From IMG/VR virus record IMGVR_UViG_3300029318_000057, positions 1-31,522 of that record: DNA of 31,522 bases; one strand, given 5' to 3'. A program made the translations under genes and the position numbers. The notes under the pieces were generated by a model that saw nothing but the letters and a program-made list of their open reading frames with translations, had not been told where the DNA came from and made no database searches. Shown here one piece after another: positions 1 through 8,871 of the stretch. This DNA is from a virus. Its lineage: Duplodnaviria > Caudoviricetes. Position 1 is the first letter of the stretch, and each line of letters opens with the position of its first letter.

Positions 1-11
1 ATAACAAACCA

Positions 12-36
12 CCGCCCCTTCGGGGGCGGCTTTTTT
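12..36 (+). terminator. Rho-independent terminator
   Basis: Perfect stem CCGCCCC(12-18)/GGGGCGG(23-29), TTCG tetraloop, T6 tract at 31-36. Confidence 0.9.
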
Positions 37-194
37 GTATAAAAAATTACACCCTATTTTTGTAGCATTTGATGCTGTAGCATTTTATACTGTATTATTT
101 TATACAGTATATTTTGATGCGTCTATGTGTATATGAATATACAGTGATATATGCTACCTAGAAAAGTTACATTTAATTTTGTATAAAAAATTAC
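37..194. promoter_or_regulatory. Array of NtcA-like boxes (GTA-N8-TAC) in AT-rich DNA
   Basis: Perfect GTA-N8-TAC starting at 37, 77, 92, 129 and 181. One-mismatch copies start at 62, 107 (GTA-N8-TGC) and 144 (GTG-N8-TAC). Confidence 0.6.
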
Positions 195-221
195 ATTGAC
201 TCGGCTGAAAATTGAAACCCC

Positions 222-398
222 CTCGAGATCCTAGGGGTCGCTCGAGATCCTAGGGGTCGCTCGAGATCCTAGGGGTCGCTCGAGATCCTAGGGGTCGCTC
301 GAGATCCTAGGGGGTGCTCAAGATCCTAGGGGTAAAAACCCCTCAAGATCCCAGGGTCGCTCAAGATCCCAGCAGAAAAAACCCCTCAAGATCCTAGG
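222..398 (+). repeat. 19-bp tandem repeat CTCGAGATCCTAGGGGTCG
   Basis: Four exact copies at 222, 241, 260, 279. Degenerate copies with core CTCRAGATCCYAG at 298, 317, 342, 360, 385. Confidence 0.95.
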
Positions 399-574
399 TA
401 TCAAAGGGGGTTTGAGAATGAGTAACGCGGACCCGTATCCTTCACGACCGGAATAGGTCGTTTTGTATCGGCCATTACGGAAGAAAACTGGTTTAGGTGA
501 CAAAGCACCCTTGAATGAACTAGGTTAGGCAAGATTTCGCGCTAGCGGACTCAAAACACTCCTCACGACTCGCT

Positions 575-1180
575 ATGACCTACTTCAAAGACCGCAGCGA
601 GACCGACCTACGCAGGGGTTACGGCTATGGCCACCTCAATATCTTGTACTTCGAGCTGACTCCCCTCCGGTATAAGCCACTAGAGACGCAAGGTTGGCAG
701 CGTCCGTTTGAGATCATTCACTACAAGTCAAGCTCCTCACAAGATTGTGAGTGCCAGGGCTGCATGATGAGCGAATCAGAAATCGCGTTCTTTAATTCGG
801 GTGCTAGAGGTGGATTCAAATATATCGCTCAAAGACACGGCCTCAGCCCTTCAGAAATGTGGGAGCTTGTCGAATCGGGAATGCGGAAACTCGGCATTCA
901 TTTGGATGACTTGGAAGATCTACAAAATTATTGCTTCGGTTGGTTGGAGTTGACACCAGAAGCAATGCACCGCTGGTGTTTGCGTTATCCGCAGCGTTGC
1001 CCGTTGCTGGATGTCCTCTGCAGCCTTGATTCAACCTGTGAACAGCTCAACGCCGTGCAGGACTGGTTGCTGTCCAGCAAAGGGGTCTATGGCCGCACAA
1101 GAAATGACGTGCTCCCTGCCCTTCCAGAACCTGACGGGATTCGTCCAGACATTTCACTTCCAATTCCCTGCAACACATGA
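575..1180 (+). CDS. Hypothetical protein, paralog of 1177..1593 (true start may be near 764)
   Basis: C-terminal ~135 aa align with the next ORF (GARxGFKxIAxxHGL, RYPxRCPLLDVLC, VQDW, LPALP). Stop overlaps the next start (ATGA). Confidence 0.75.
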   Translation: MTYFKDRSETDLRRGYGYGHLNILYFELTPLRYKPLETQGWQRPFEIIHYKSSSSQDCECQGCMMSESEIAFFNSGARGGFKYIAQRHGLSPSEMWELVESGMRKLGIHLDDLEDLQNYCFGWLELTPEAMHRWCLRYPQRCPLLDVLCSLDSTCEQLNAVQDWLLSSKGVYGRTRNDVLPALPEPDGIRPDISLPIPCNT

Positions 1181-1593
1181 TCACTACAACCAAACTGACG
1201 AAAAAAGAATGTGACTTTTTTCTCAAAGGTGCTCGCCATGGCTTTAAAACCATCGCGTTGTCCCATGGTTTAAATCCATTGCAAATGTGGGACAAGACCA
1301 GTCAGGGGCTTCTCAAGGTGGGGATGCACCGTGATGACTTGGATGATGTTGAGTTGATGCTCTTTGGATGGAAGGATCTAACGGCTGAAATGCTGGAACG
1401 CTATAGGTGGCGTTATCCCGACCGCTGTCCATTACTGGACGTGCTCTGCACGTTTGATGATTCGTGCGAAGAATTAAACGAAGTCCAAGATTGGATGTTG
1501 GAACTCAAGGGCGCAAAAAACCGTCGTCGTCTGGACTTGCTGCCTGCGTTGCCAAAATACGACGGCTCAAGAAAATCTAATCAACAGTCATAA
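1177..1593 (+). CDS. Hypothetical protein, paralog of 575..1180
   Basis: 138 aa ORF translationally coupled to the upstream ORF; same shared motifs. Confidence 0.8.
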   Translation: MITTTKLTKKECDFFLKGARHGFKTIALSHGLNPLQMWDKTSQGLLKVGMHRDDLDDVELMLFGWKDLTAEMLERYRWRYPDRCPLLDVLCTFDDSCEELNEVQDWMLELKGAKNRRRLDLLPALPKYDGSRKSNQQS

Positions 1594-2075
1594 ATTTTGC
1601 ACTCCGGCTCACTGGGATATAAATCGCAGTAAGACTCAAAAAAGTTTGTTTTTTGCTTCTTAGGTTCCTTAAGTTCCCTAAGAGCTTCCTCGTTGAGTGT
1701 GCCTTCGCGCAGTGAGTTTTCCAAAGCAATCATTGCGTCCATATTGGAATTGTGCCTCATCCAACTGAAGAGGATTTCTTCACGACATTCGTCCCAGATC
1801 CTTAGTGGTCTCCACCACGGAAGAACGTCTCTGTTTGATTTAGAGCCGTTGCAATGTGTGCAGCATCGAGCCAGGTTCCACCTTCTAGTGGGACCGCCTT
1901 TACTCTTAGGGATTATGTGGTCGAGCGTCCAGGACGTAGCGGGTCTACCGCAGTACGCGCATCGATCACCGGGATAATCCTCGATAATCGCTTTTCTAAA
2001 CTTCTTTACTGCATATTTTGGCCTTATTTCTGAGAGGTTGAATAGCAAATCGTTGGGCGATTGTGCGATTCTCAT
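1581..2075 (-). CDS. HNH endonuclease
   Basis: CAYCG...TLDHIIPKSKGG...NLARCCTHCNGSK is the canonical zinc-binding HNH signature. Confidence 0.92.
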   Translation of the reverse strand: MRIAQSPNDLLFNLSEIRPKYAVKKFRKAIIEDYPGDRCAYCGRPATSWTLDHIIPKSKGGPTRRWNLARCCTHCNGSKSNRDVLPWWRPLRIWDECREEILFSWMRHNSNMDAMIALENSLREGTLNEEALRELKEPKKQKTNFFESYCDLYPSEPECKIYDC

Positions 2076-2106
2076 CTCATATTTAGTTGGCTTATTCCCA
2101 GGTTAC

Positions 2107-2478
2107 CTATAGATGAATTTTGATTTTTATCCAGGGTTTTTCATCCTCAACCTTAAGAAAACTCAGGTTTAGCGAGTCCAGCACTGCAAGGTTGTCGTTT
2201 CTGATGACCTTTGCATAGACCAATCCATCAAGAATACTTTTGGCGTGATTATCAAGATCCCCGCGTCGAGTTGTACCGTTGATGGTTATATCCATGTGCG
2301 AGATCCTTTGCAGGACATCGTTATCCCATTGTTCACGCACTAAATCTGCAAAATCTTTCAACCAAGCCTTATATGACGGATCGTTATACACCCGACCTTT
2401 ACTACTAAATCTCGGGCGAGCTGCAGGTTTAGGTGTTATGTCAACCTGAATCGTATAGGTTAATCCTGTGGAGTCCAT
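2107..2478 (-). CDS. rusA: RusA-like Holliday junction resolvase
   Basis: PKPAARPRF N-terminus and GDLDNHAKSILDGL...NDN catalytic motif; 123 aa. Confidence 0.85.
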   Translation of the reverse strand: MDSTGLTYTIQVDITPKPAARPRFSSKGRVYNDPSYKAWLKDFADLVREQWDNDVLQRISHMDITINGTTRRGDLDNHAKSILDGLVYAKVIRNDNLAVLDSLNLSFLKVEDEKPWIKIKIHL

Positions 2479-3152
2479 TCGAGTGCCTTCGCTGTAATTG
2501 GAAACTTCCAGATCAAAATTTTCTTAATCTCTTCTGCAATCAATCTGTGCTCTAGTTGTGTACTTGGATCGGTTCTTACCTGGACAAAATGTATAAATGA
2601 CCGAAGTGAGCCTGATTGATAAACCGTGGTTGGTGAACACACAGGCAAAATTCGGCGGGCTGTTTCCAGGGCCACGCCTCGCTCCAGCATCCGCTCGTAC
2701 ACATTGAACGCTTGATCAATCAACGCTTGTGAGGTTTCCTGGCACGTCCCAAGAACCTCAGGGTGCAGATCATCGATCGAGTTCTGCCGGTTCTTTTTGT
2801 CCTGGCGACGAAACGCGGGGACTGATGGTTTCTGAGTCTTCGCGTAGCGATACGAAAATTGACTGAACGAGAACGAACGGTGTCTACAAATTTGGGCAGC
2901 GATGTCCAATTCCGTTTCAATTCTGACCGTTAAAAAAGCGTGCTCAAATACACTCCAGTGCTTCTTTCGTAAGCAATAGGCCAGCAGCTTCGGTCCAGTC
3001 TCCCAGTTGTTTTCGTTCGATTGATTACTCACGCGAGCAATCTTGACCATCATCCGCTCGGGATCTGGTGTGCATTGAACCAACGTCACAGGACGGTCAA
3101 GATCCACGTCCTCTGTTTCCTTGTTGATCTTCAGGCCGTTTGGAAGAGTCAT
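2460..3152 (-). CDS. thyX: Flavin-dependent thymidylate synthase
   Basis: ARVS, HWSVFEH, RHRSFSFSQFSYRY (RHRx7SxR), ETARRILP and TQLEHR motifs. Confidence 0.96.
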   Translation of the reverse strand: MTLPNGLKINKETEDVDLDRPVTLVQCTPDPERMMVKIARVSNQSNENNWETGPKLLAYCLRKKHWSVFEHAFLTVRIETELDIAAQICRHRSFSFSQFSYRYAKTQKPSVPAFRRQDKKNRQNSIDDLHPEVLGTCQETSQALIDQAFNVYERMLERGVALETARRILPVCSPTTVYQSGSLRSFIHFVQVRTDPSTQLEHRLIAEEIKKILIWKFPITAKALEWTPQD

Positions 3153-3346
3153 TTGTCGGTGGAGTGCAAGTCAAGAATCAATACGCCTAGGAGCCACTCA
3201 CGCGCTACTTTCAATCCCGCTTTTCCCTGTAGAACACTGAACATCCCCGTATAACTCTCTAAGTACGGAGTCCGCATCACGTCCGTCGTCGTCGCAGTCT
3301 GGGTCGCTGTAATTAATTGATCTAGGGTCTTCCTTGAACTTGTCAT
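3149..3346 (-). CDS. Small hypothetical protein (start uncertain, possibly 3277)
   Basis: Stop overlaps the thyX start (ATGA), but the ORF overlaps 3198..3476 in another frame. Confidence 0.35.
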   Translation of the reverse strand: MTSSRKTLDQLITATQTATTTDVMRTPYLESYTGMFSVLQGKAGLKVAREWLLGVLILDLHSTDK

Positions 3347-3476
3347 TGGCCTTCGCTAATGCACTTATGACCTCCTCTTTTGTCGTCTGATAAAACCCGG
3401 CGATTTGTTCAATCGTCCAGATATGTTGCTCTTCGATCAGATCTTCCCAGAAAAAGTCGGAGATTCGTTGACTCAT
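3198..3476 (-). CDS. Hypothetical acidic protein
   Basis: 92 aa; starts 2 nt after the exonuclease stop, so it is in operon context. Confidence 0.6.
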   Translation of the reverse strand: MSQRISDFFWEDLIEEQHIWTIEQIAGFYQTTKEEVISALAKANDKFKEDPRSINYSDPDCDDDGRDADSVLRELYGDVQCSTGKSGIESSA

Positions 3477-3478
3477 GA

Positions 3479-4207
3479 TTAGTCTGACACATCGATGGGT
3501 AATTCTTTAGGAGTAAAGTGTTTTGCGTGCCAATCTTCGAGCTTCTCAAGAAAATGAGCGTAGAGCTGGTTCACATCATCACGGTCAATGTGAAACAGTT
3601 GAATCTTGTGATCAGGCACCGCGCAGGCAATTAAACCGCGTTTGATGACCAATCCTTCGTCTCTATAGACGTAGTTGGCGCTTTTAATGTAGGCGCTTAC
3701 CTGTAACTCGTAGTTGTAAAGTTTCGAGCCTTCAATCGGCTTATTAGCCGTCTTGAAATCGATCAATACAGGCTCGTTAGGGTCTGCATCTGGGAACATC
3801 TCGCAGTTCTTGAGATACCCAATACAGTCGCAAGCACCGGCATAACGATCAGCGTTCCACAGACAACCTTCAGTCATCAACGTGTGATCAATGCAGTCTA
3901 AAAAAGGCTTCATTGAATTCCACCACGGCTGATAAATGTAGTGGTAGTCAGGGATTGCGCCTGTTAGCAGGTACTGCTCGGAGCAGTCATGAGTCCAGGT
4001 GCCACGCGCTGAGGCTTGCTGCAGAATCGTGTTTGCTTTCTTCTCCCCGACGTATTTACGCCAAGGTTCAAACTTTTTATCGTCCCGAAGAATCGTGGTG
4101 ACACTGGGCATGAATCCCAGAGGTGTTTTGTAGAACCTGTTCCCCTCCAGGCTTCCACGAACACTGTCATATTTAGGGATCGTTTCGATCCGCCTTCGCA
4201 AAATCAT
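3479..4207 (-). CDS. PD-(D/E)XK phage exonuclease
   Basis: PSVTTIL, RGTWTH, YAGACDCIG, LIDFKT and LQVSAY motifs. ATG at 4207 preferred over the upstream start at 4252. Confidence 0.88.
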   Translation of the reverse strand: MILRRRIETIPKYDSVRGSLEGNRFYKTPLGFMPSVTTILRDDKKFEPWRKYVGEKKANTILQQASARGTWTHDCSEQYLLTGAIPDYHYIYQPWWNSMKPFLDCIDHTLMTEGCLWNADRYAGACDCIGYLKNCEMFPDADPNEPVLIDFKTANKPIEGSKLYNYELQVSAYIKSANYVYRDEGLVIKRGLIACAVPDHKIQLFHIDRDDVNQLYAHFLEKLEDWHAKHFTPKELPIDVSD

Positions 4208-4260
4208 CGGGCTACAGCAAGAAAAAACGCGGGGGAGTTGTTGCTCCCCCAAGAACTCAA

Positions 4261-4995
4261 TCAGTCCTCTCGTTTTTCAATGTCGCCCCAGACCTCATCC
4301 AGAGGCGCTCCAGCAGCGTGTGCCTTCAAATTGACATCTAGGGCCTCGAAGGCGTTCAAAATGTCTTCAGGCAGCTCGTAGGGTGGTTGTGGCTGCAATG
4401 TGTGTTTGGTCTCCTGCATCTGACCGCTGCGAGTCCAAATGAAGTCGTAGCCAGTCGGATAACCAAAGTTTGGAGAGCCGCAAGCACTCGCAAATTGCTC
4501 CATCATTGTGGACTTATCCAGATCCCAGATCTGAAAGACGTGTTTGTCCGCTTTGGAGCTTTCAGTGATGTTGTAAACCAACATCGACAAGACCTTTGAG
4601 ATCTTAGGTTGCTTGCTCTTGGGGAATCGCTCGCACTTCTCAGGGATCTGATCGTCAGGAATCTTCCCCCCTTCGATCCCTTGGGCAATCAAATCCTCCG
4701 AGAGCCATCGCTTACATGCACGACCACCTTCCGCTGTTTCGTACCACAGCGAGAACCCAAACTCTGCTTCGCTTAGGATTCTGAACTCGACAGATCCAGG
4801 GCCAATGACTTTACCCTTGTCGTTTGTTTGCTCTTTTGGTGCTCGCAAGTAGCGACCAGGGCCGTCAGAAAGCTTCTTACGTTGTTCTGCCTCTTGAGCC
4901 TCTTTTTCGAGCTGTAGCTTGAAACTTGCAGGAAGAAAATCCTTGACCGGACCTTTTGTTTTGGTCGCAGAAGAAATAGGCATGAAAATCAACAC
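4261..4995 (-). CDS. Putative ssDNA-binding/recombination protein
   Basis: 244 aa next to the exonuclease; FRIL...W and YDFIWTRSG...TKHTLQPQP resemble phage OB-fold SSBs; acidic C-terminus. Function is inferred. Confidence 0.5.
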   Translation of the reverse strand: MLIFMPISSATKTKGPVKDFLPASFKLQLEKEAQEAEQRKKLSDGPGRYLRAPKEQTNDKGKVIGPGSVEFRILSEAEFGFSLWYETAEGGRACKRWLSEDLIAQGIEGGKIPDDQIPEKCERFPKSKQPKISKVLSMLVYNITESSKADKHVFQIWDLDKSTMMEQFASACGSPNFGYPTGYDFIWTRSGQMQETKHTLQPQPPYELPEDILNAFEALDVNLKAHAAGAPLDEVWGDIEKRED

Positions 4996-5060
4996 CTCAA
5001 CAATGAGGTTCTATCCACACCAAAACTCAACGCAATGGCCCGATTCTATTATGACCCAGT

Positions 5061-5795
5061 TTAGCTGAGTTGTTTTATCAATTCTTCCACTTTTCTAGAC
5101 TGATTGAAAACAACCTTTAAGACCGAAGTCATATTTTGCATATTGTCCATGATTTCATCAGCACTCCAGTAGTCCTGCCCCATCATCACGTCAGCAAACT
5201 TTGCTTGCATCGCCTTGTCAGAAGAAAAAGCTTTCTTCAGGCTGTCCATATCATCAATCAGGTCCATACGGTCAGCAGCCATCAAATGTCTGACGTACTT
5301 ACCAGCTGACTTGCTAAGTACCTCTGCATCGGAATTGGAGAACTTGTGATGAGCAACAGGTCCAGGCGGCATTCGCCAGCCACAAAAAACCTCGAAGTGG
5401 TAGCCGATGCTGGCTGGATTGCCGTCGTCATCCCTCATGATCGTGGCGTCCTGGATCAGATCTTCTAGTCCTGTCCAGTCGGGGGAGTCTTCTCGTTCAA
5501 CCCCATTCTGAAAATCCTCGATCGCGTGCATCAGGTACACAATCACAGCAATGCTTCTAGGACCAGGGCTTTTAAGGCCACCGATCCTGAGCTGAGAAAG
5601 CTGGGAACTGTGAACGTAGCTTTTGTCCTGAGAGATAACTCGCTTGCACAAGCTGATGATCTTCGGCTGCGACCATCTATTCGCATCAATGGTGCGACCT
5701 AACCAGCGGCCGTACACAACAGCTCCTTTGTCAAGCCGTGGGTCGAACTCCGACGACCCTATGTAGCTGCCACCTACGTCCATCGTTCTGATCAA
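5061..5795 (-). CDS. Putative XRE/HTH-like transcriptional regulator
   Basis: N-terminal WSQPKI...VHSSQLSQLRIGGLKSPGP resembles an XRE helix-turn-helix; divergent from the replication operon. Confidence 0.5.
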   Translation of the reverse strand: MIRTMDVGGSYIGSSEFDPRLDKGAVVYGRWLGRTIDANRWSQPKIISLCKRVISQDKSYVHSSQLSQLRIGGLKSPGPRSIAVIVYLMHAIEDFQNGVEREDSPDWTGLEDLIQDATIMRDDDGNPASIGYHFEVFCGWRMPPGPVAHHKFSNSDAEVLSKSAGKYVRHLMAADRMDLIDDMDSLKKAFSSDKAMQAKFADVMMGQDYWSADEIMDNMQNMTSVLKVVFNQSRKVEELIKQLS

Positions 5796-5939
5796 ATGAA
5801 GCAGCGCGAAGTGCGCCCAAAAGCAAAATAAAGCGTTCAGGACATAAACGCAACCTAAAAAGTTTGTGACGTTACAGGTGGCGGCTAGCAGGGTGTCATA
5901 GCGCCGGTAGCGTTGGAAAGAATTAGGTTATGGGCAGGG

Positions 5940-8426
5940 ATGAAGACGCCATCAGCGATCGAGCAACTGACGGACGGGACTTTTCCAGCGACTTGGGTCT
6001 ACAACATTGTCGAGGATAAAAGGGCATTCAGCGGTCCCAAGACCCCTGCCCAGCACTTCAATGGCGACTGCAATAAGGGGCTAACACCCAGCGAAGTCCT
6101 TCAACGGTGGCATGAAACTAGCCGAACCAAGGACAAGACCACAGGCAAATACCGCACTGTCAGGAAAAATGGACTCGGTGTCCTGACTGGTCCAGCAAGT
6201 GGATGTCTAATCGCGGTTGACATCGACGGGGCAGATGCTGAAGACGTATTTGCGGAGTGGATGGGGGATGACTATCCCACCGTCGAAAACCCCGGAACAA
6301 TGTCGTGGAGAGGACGGCCAACCAATCGTCAGCTGCTGTATCGGATGCCCACATGGGCTCAAGAATTCTTCGAGACCTTCACTAAGGCGCAGCTCGACAA
6401 GAACCTCAGAGATGGAAGCCGCAACAGTGAGATCTGCCTCCGCTACGGGGGCTGCTACACGGTTCTGCCTGGCTCCTACCACCCAGTGACAGAAGAAAAA
6501 TATCAGTGGCTTTCCTACAACGATGGCCAGGTCGCTGATCTGCCCGGTCGGCTCCTTGACTGGTTGATGACCAATCACAGCAAGCAGAACGAAACCTATA
6601 TCCCCAATGAGCTGTCAGAGCTGCTGACCGTCGAGACGGGGCCTATCACCGGCAAGAACGTTCCGGCTTTGGCGCGGGACTTCCGAATGGAGATCCTGCA
6701 GCACCTCGCGACAACAGACTCAGAAGGTGGAGCGACAGACCCAGACGATCCTTATGCACTGGTGTGGCAGCTTTACGATGCCGCCGTCTGGGCTCAAGAT
6801 CGGCAACCGCTACATAGGGAACACGGCAACCCAGACAAGCCCTTGGTGGGTGGGTGCCCGTTCCATGAATCGCAAAGCGGCACAAGCTTTGTGCTGTTCC
6901 CCGACGTAAAAAACGAGAAGGCTTCCGGTTTGTTCGGCTGGAAGTGTCTTGCTGAGGAAGTGGGGGGCAACTGCATCACCCTCTTGCACGCACTCCGCAC
7001 AGGGGACATTGATGCTGGATGGCCTGACGCCAAGACCCTTGAGGAATACTGCATTGAGGGTGCTCGCCTATTGGGGAAGCGTTATCCCGAGGACTTCTCT
7101 GCAGCGGTCACCTGGCGGCAAGAACTGAAATATGACCACTCGAAATCGACTTTGCAGTGGGCTCGCCAGATCGAGGCTGATTATGAGAATCCGGCAGAAG
7201 CTGACATCGAGCTAGCCAGGCTCGCAGCTGATCACGGTCTGCGCTGGGGAGTGGAGCAGATCCGGCGTGCCCTGCAGGATGACCATGACTTCAAAACAGC
7301 AGCTAACCCCCAGGGCTCGCAAGAACGCAAGGACAGCGCACAAGGTCTGCAATTCTGCATCCCAGATGTTCTGTTGCGTCCTTCAACTGTCCTGTTCCAT
7401 GGCCGCGGTGGCTGCGGAAAATCACAGGCTGCAATGGCCCTGGCCCGTCACATTGCAAAGGGAGAACCCTTCAAAGTTCGCGGGACATTGATGCCTGTCA
7501 CGCAGGGAAAGGTGCTCTGGTGCAACGGCGATCAGAACAAAGAAATTTTTGAAACGCAGTTGGAAAGCAACGGGCTGGCTGATAATCCCAACTTCCTTTC
7601 ATGGCCGAAATTTCGGCTTAGGTGGCAGGCCCGGCTCGCTGCAAAAATCCGCGAATTGAAGCCCGCTCTGGTGGTAATTGATTCGCTTTCGGGATGTATG
7701 CCTGGCGTTGATAACAACAAACAGGAAATTACGAAGCCGCTTTATGACTTGGAAGTCGCCAATGGGACTGACTTCCCCTCTACCACGATCATCATCATTC
7801 ACCACAACTCCAAAGCAGGGCAAGGCGCTGACGCATTTAGAGGGCACTCAGGTATCGCCGATGCGGTTACTGAGACGTGGGGCCTCAAAAAGCCCACTGA
7901 TGAGGAGATGAGAGACCAGGCGTACGGACCAAAAACTGAAATGACCCGCGTGATTCGGATTGGCAAAAGTCGCCTGGATCGGGAGGGCGACGAGTTTTTA
8001 ACCGTTATGGGTGAGGACTTTTCTATGTCCATTGAGGACTTTACGAAGATCGCTTCCCCCAGGAAACATTCAGGTCAAATCCCGGTCATCCAGCAAGTGC
8101 ATGAGCAGATCAGAACGATGACCTCAATAGGTCGTGGGATTACACGGAAGGAGATTGAGGTTGCAGTGGGCTCCAAAAGCGGCTGCAACGCCGTCAGAAG
8201 CTCTTTAAGGCGTCTCAAGCTAAAAGGGCTCATAGACAACTGCACAAAGGCCTTAGAGGGGCACAGAGGACGCGCTGAGGAGGAATGGTACGAATGTACC
8301 GACAAAGGAATAGCTCTGATGGCTGCCAATTCTTATGAGGAAAGTGACCCCGAAAAGGTGATCGCGAAGCTAAAAAATTCGCGTTCCCACGGGGAGACAG
8401 AGAGTAATTCTTTCTTTGATTGCTGA
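5940..8426 (+). CDS. Bifunctional primase-polymerase / SF4-like (AAA_25) helicase
   Basis: Prim-pol motif GLGVLTG...IAVDIDG and VLPGSYHP; Zn-finger-like CPFH...WKC; Walker A GRGGCGKS, Walker B VVIDS, IIIHH, FRGHS; C-terminal winged-helix-like region. The track start 5913 is a TTG alternative. Confidence 0.92.
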   Translation: MKTPSAIEQLTDGTFPATWVYNIVEDKRAFSGPKTPAQHFNGDCNKGLTPSEVLQRWHETSRTKDKTTGKYRTVRKNGLGVLTGPASGCLIAVDIDGADAEDVFAEWMGDDYPTVENPGTMSWRGRPTNRQLLYRMPTWAQEFFETFTKAQLDKNLRDGSRNSEICLRYGGCYTVLPGSYHPVTEEKYQWLSYNDGQVADLPGRLLDWLMTNHSKQNETYIPNELSELLTVETGPITGKNVPALARDFRMEILQHLATTDSEGGATDPDDPYALVWQLYDAAVWAQDRQPLHREHGNPDKPLVGGCPFHESQSGTSFVLFPDVKNEKASGLFGWKCLAEEVGGNCITLLHALRTGDIDAGWPDAKTLEEYCIEGARLLGKRYPEDFSAAVTWRQELKYDHSKSTLQWARQIEADYENPAEADIELARLAADHGLRWGVEQIRRALQDDHDFKTAANPQGSQERKDSAQGLQFCIPDVLLRPSTVLFHGRGGCGKSQAAMALARHIAKGEPFKVRGTLMPVTQGKVLWCNGDQNKEIFETQLESNGLADNPNFLSWPKFRLRWQARLAAKIRELKPALVVIDSLSGCMPGVDNNKQEITKPLYDLEVANGTDFPSTTIIIIHHNSKAGQGADAFRGHSGIADAVTETWGLKKPTDEEMRDQAYGPKTEMTRVIRIGKSRLDREGDEFLTVMGEDFSMSIEDFTKIASPRKHSGQIPVIQQVHEQIRTMTSIGRGITRKEIEVAVGSKSGCNAVRSSLRRLKLKGLIDNCTKALEGHRGRAEEEWYECTDKGIALMAANSYEESDPEKVIAKLKNSRSHGETESNSFFDC

Positions 8427-8649
8427 AATGTACTGCGTTGCAATGGGTCTGAGGGTGTTCATCTTTTTGCGCCACGTTTTTGAAAATCCTTTAGATCCAT
8501 TGCGCTGCAGGGGATTTGATTTTTGCGTCATCTTTTTGCGTCAAGGGGGTGTGACGCAAATAACAAAACGGGCTGAAATCTTTTTGCGTCATCACTGCGT
8601 TGGCGCAATTTAAATCCATTGCGGCGCAGTGGATTTGCTTTTTGCGCCA
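8426..8649. other. Putative replication origin (iterons plus 25-bp quasi-palindromes)
   Basis: TTTTTGCGYCA at 8464, 8520, 8533, 8581, 8639; inverted partial copies at 8552 and 8601; quasi-palindromes at 8426, 8493, 8612; directly after the primase-helicase. Confidence 0.7.
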
Positions 8650-8871
8650 ACTTTCCGACACATAGGGAATTTCGCACTGCGTCTCCCCGAATCCGGTGCT
8701 GATGTCTTAAAGGGGGTAAGCTGCCATAACTATTTGATGTTTTTCCCTTTTTCGTTTCCGAGTCGCTGGAGGAGGAACTTCAGCTGATGCCAGGCTCGCG
8801 GACCACAAGCTGTAACTTTTGACGTTGCGGCAACCTAATTCCTCAGTAACCTGAAACCGTCGTCAAGACAT

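Noticed and set aside
222-398. CRISPR array
   Set aside because: The repeats are contiguous with no unique spacers, and there are no cas genes.
318-503. 61-aa ORF over the tandem repeat
   Set aside because: The translation merely reflects the repeat; no supporting context.
3479-4252. Cas4 nuclease
   Set aside because: Lacks the C-terminal three-Cys cluster of the Fe-S site; fits a generic phage PD-(D/E)XK exonuclease.
8416-8613. 65-aa ORF after the primase
   Set aside because: Its FLRH repeats are simply translated iterons.
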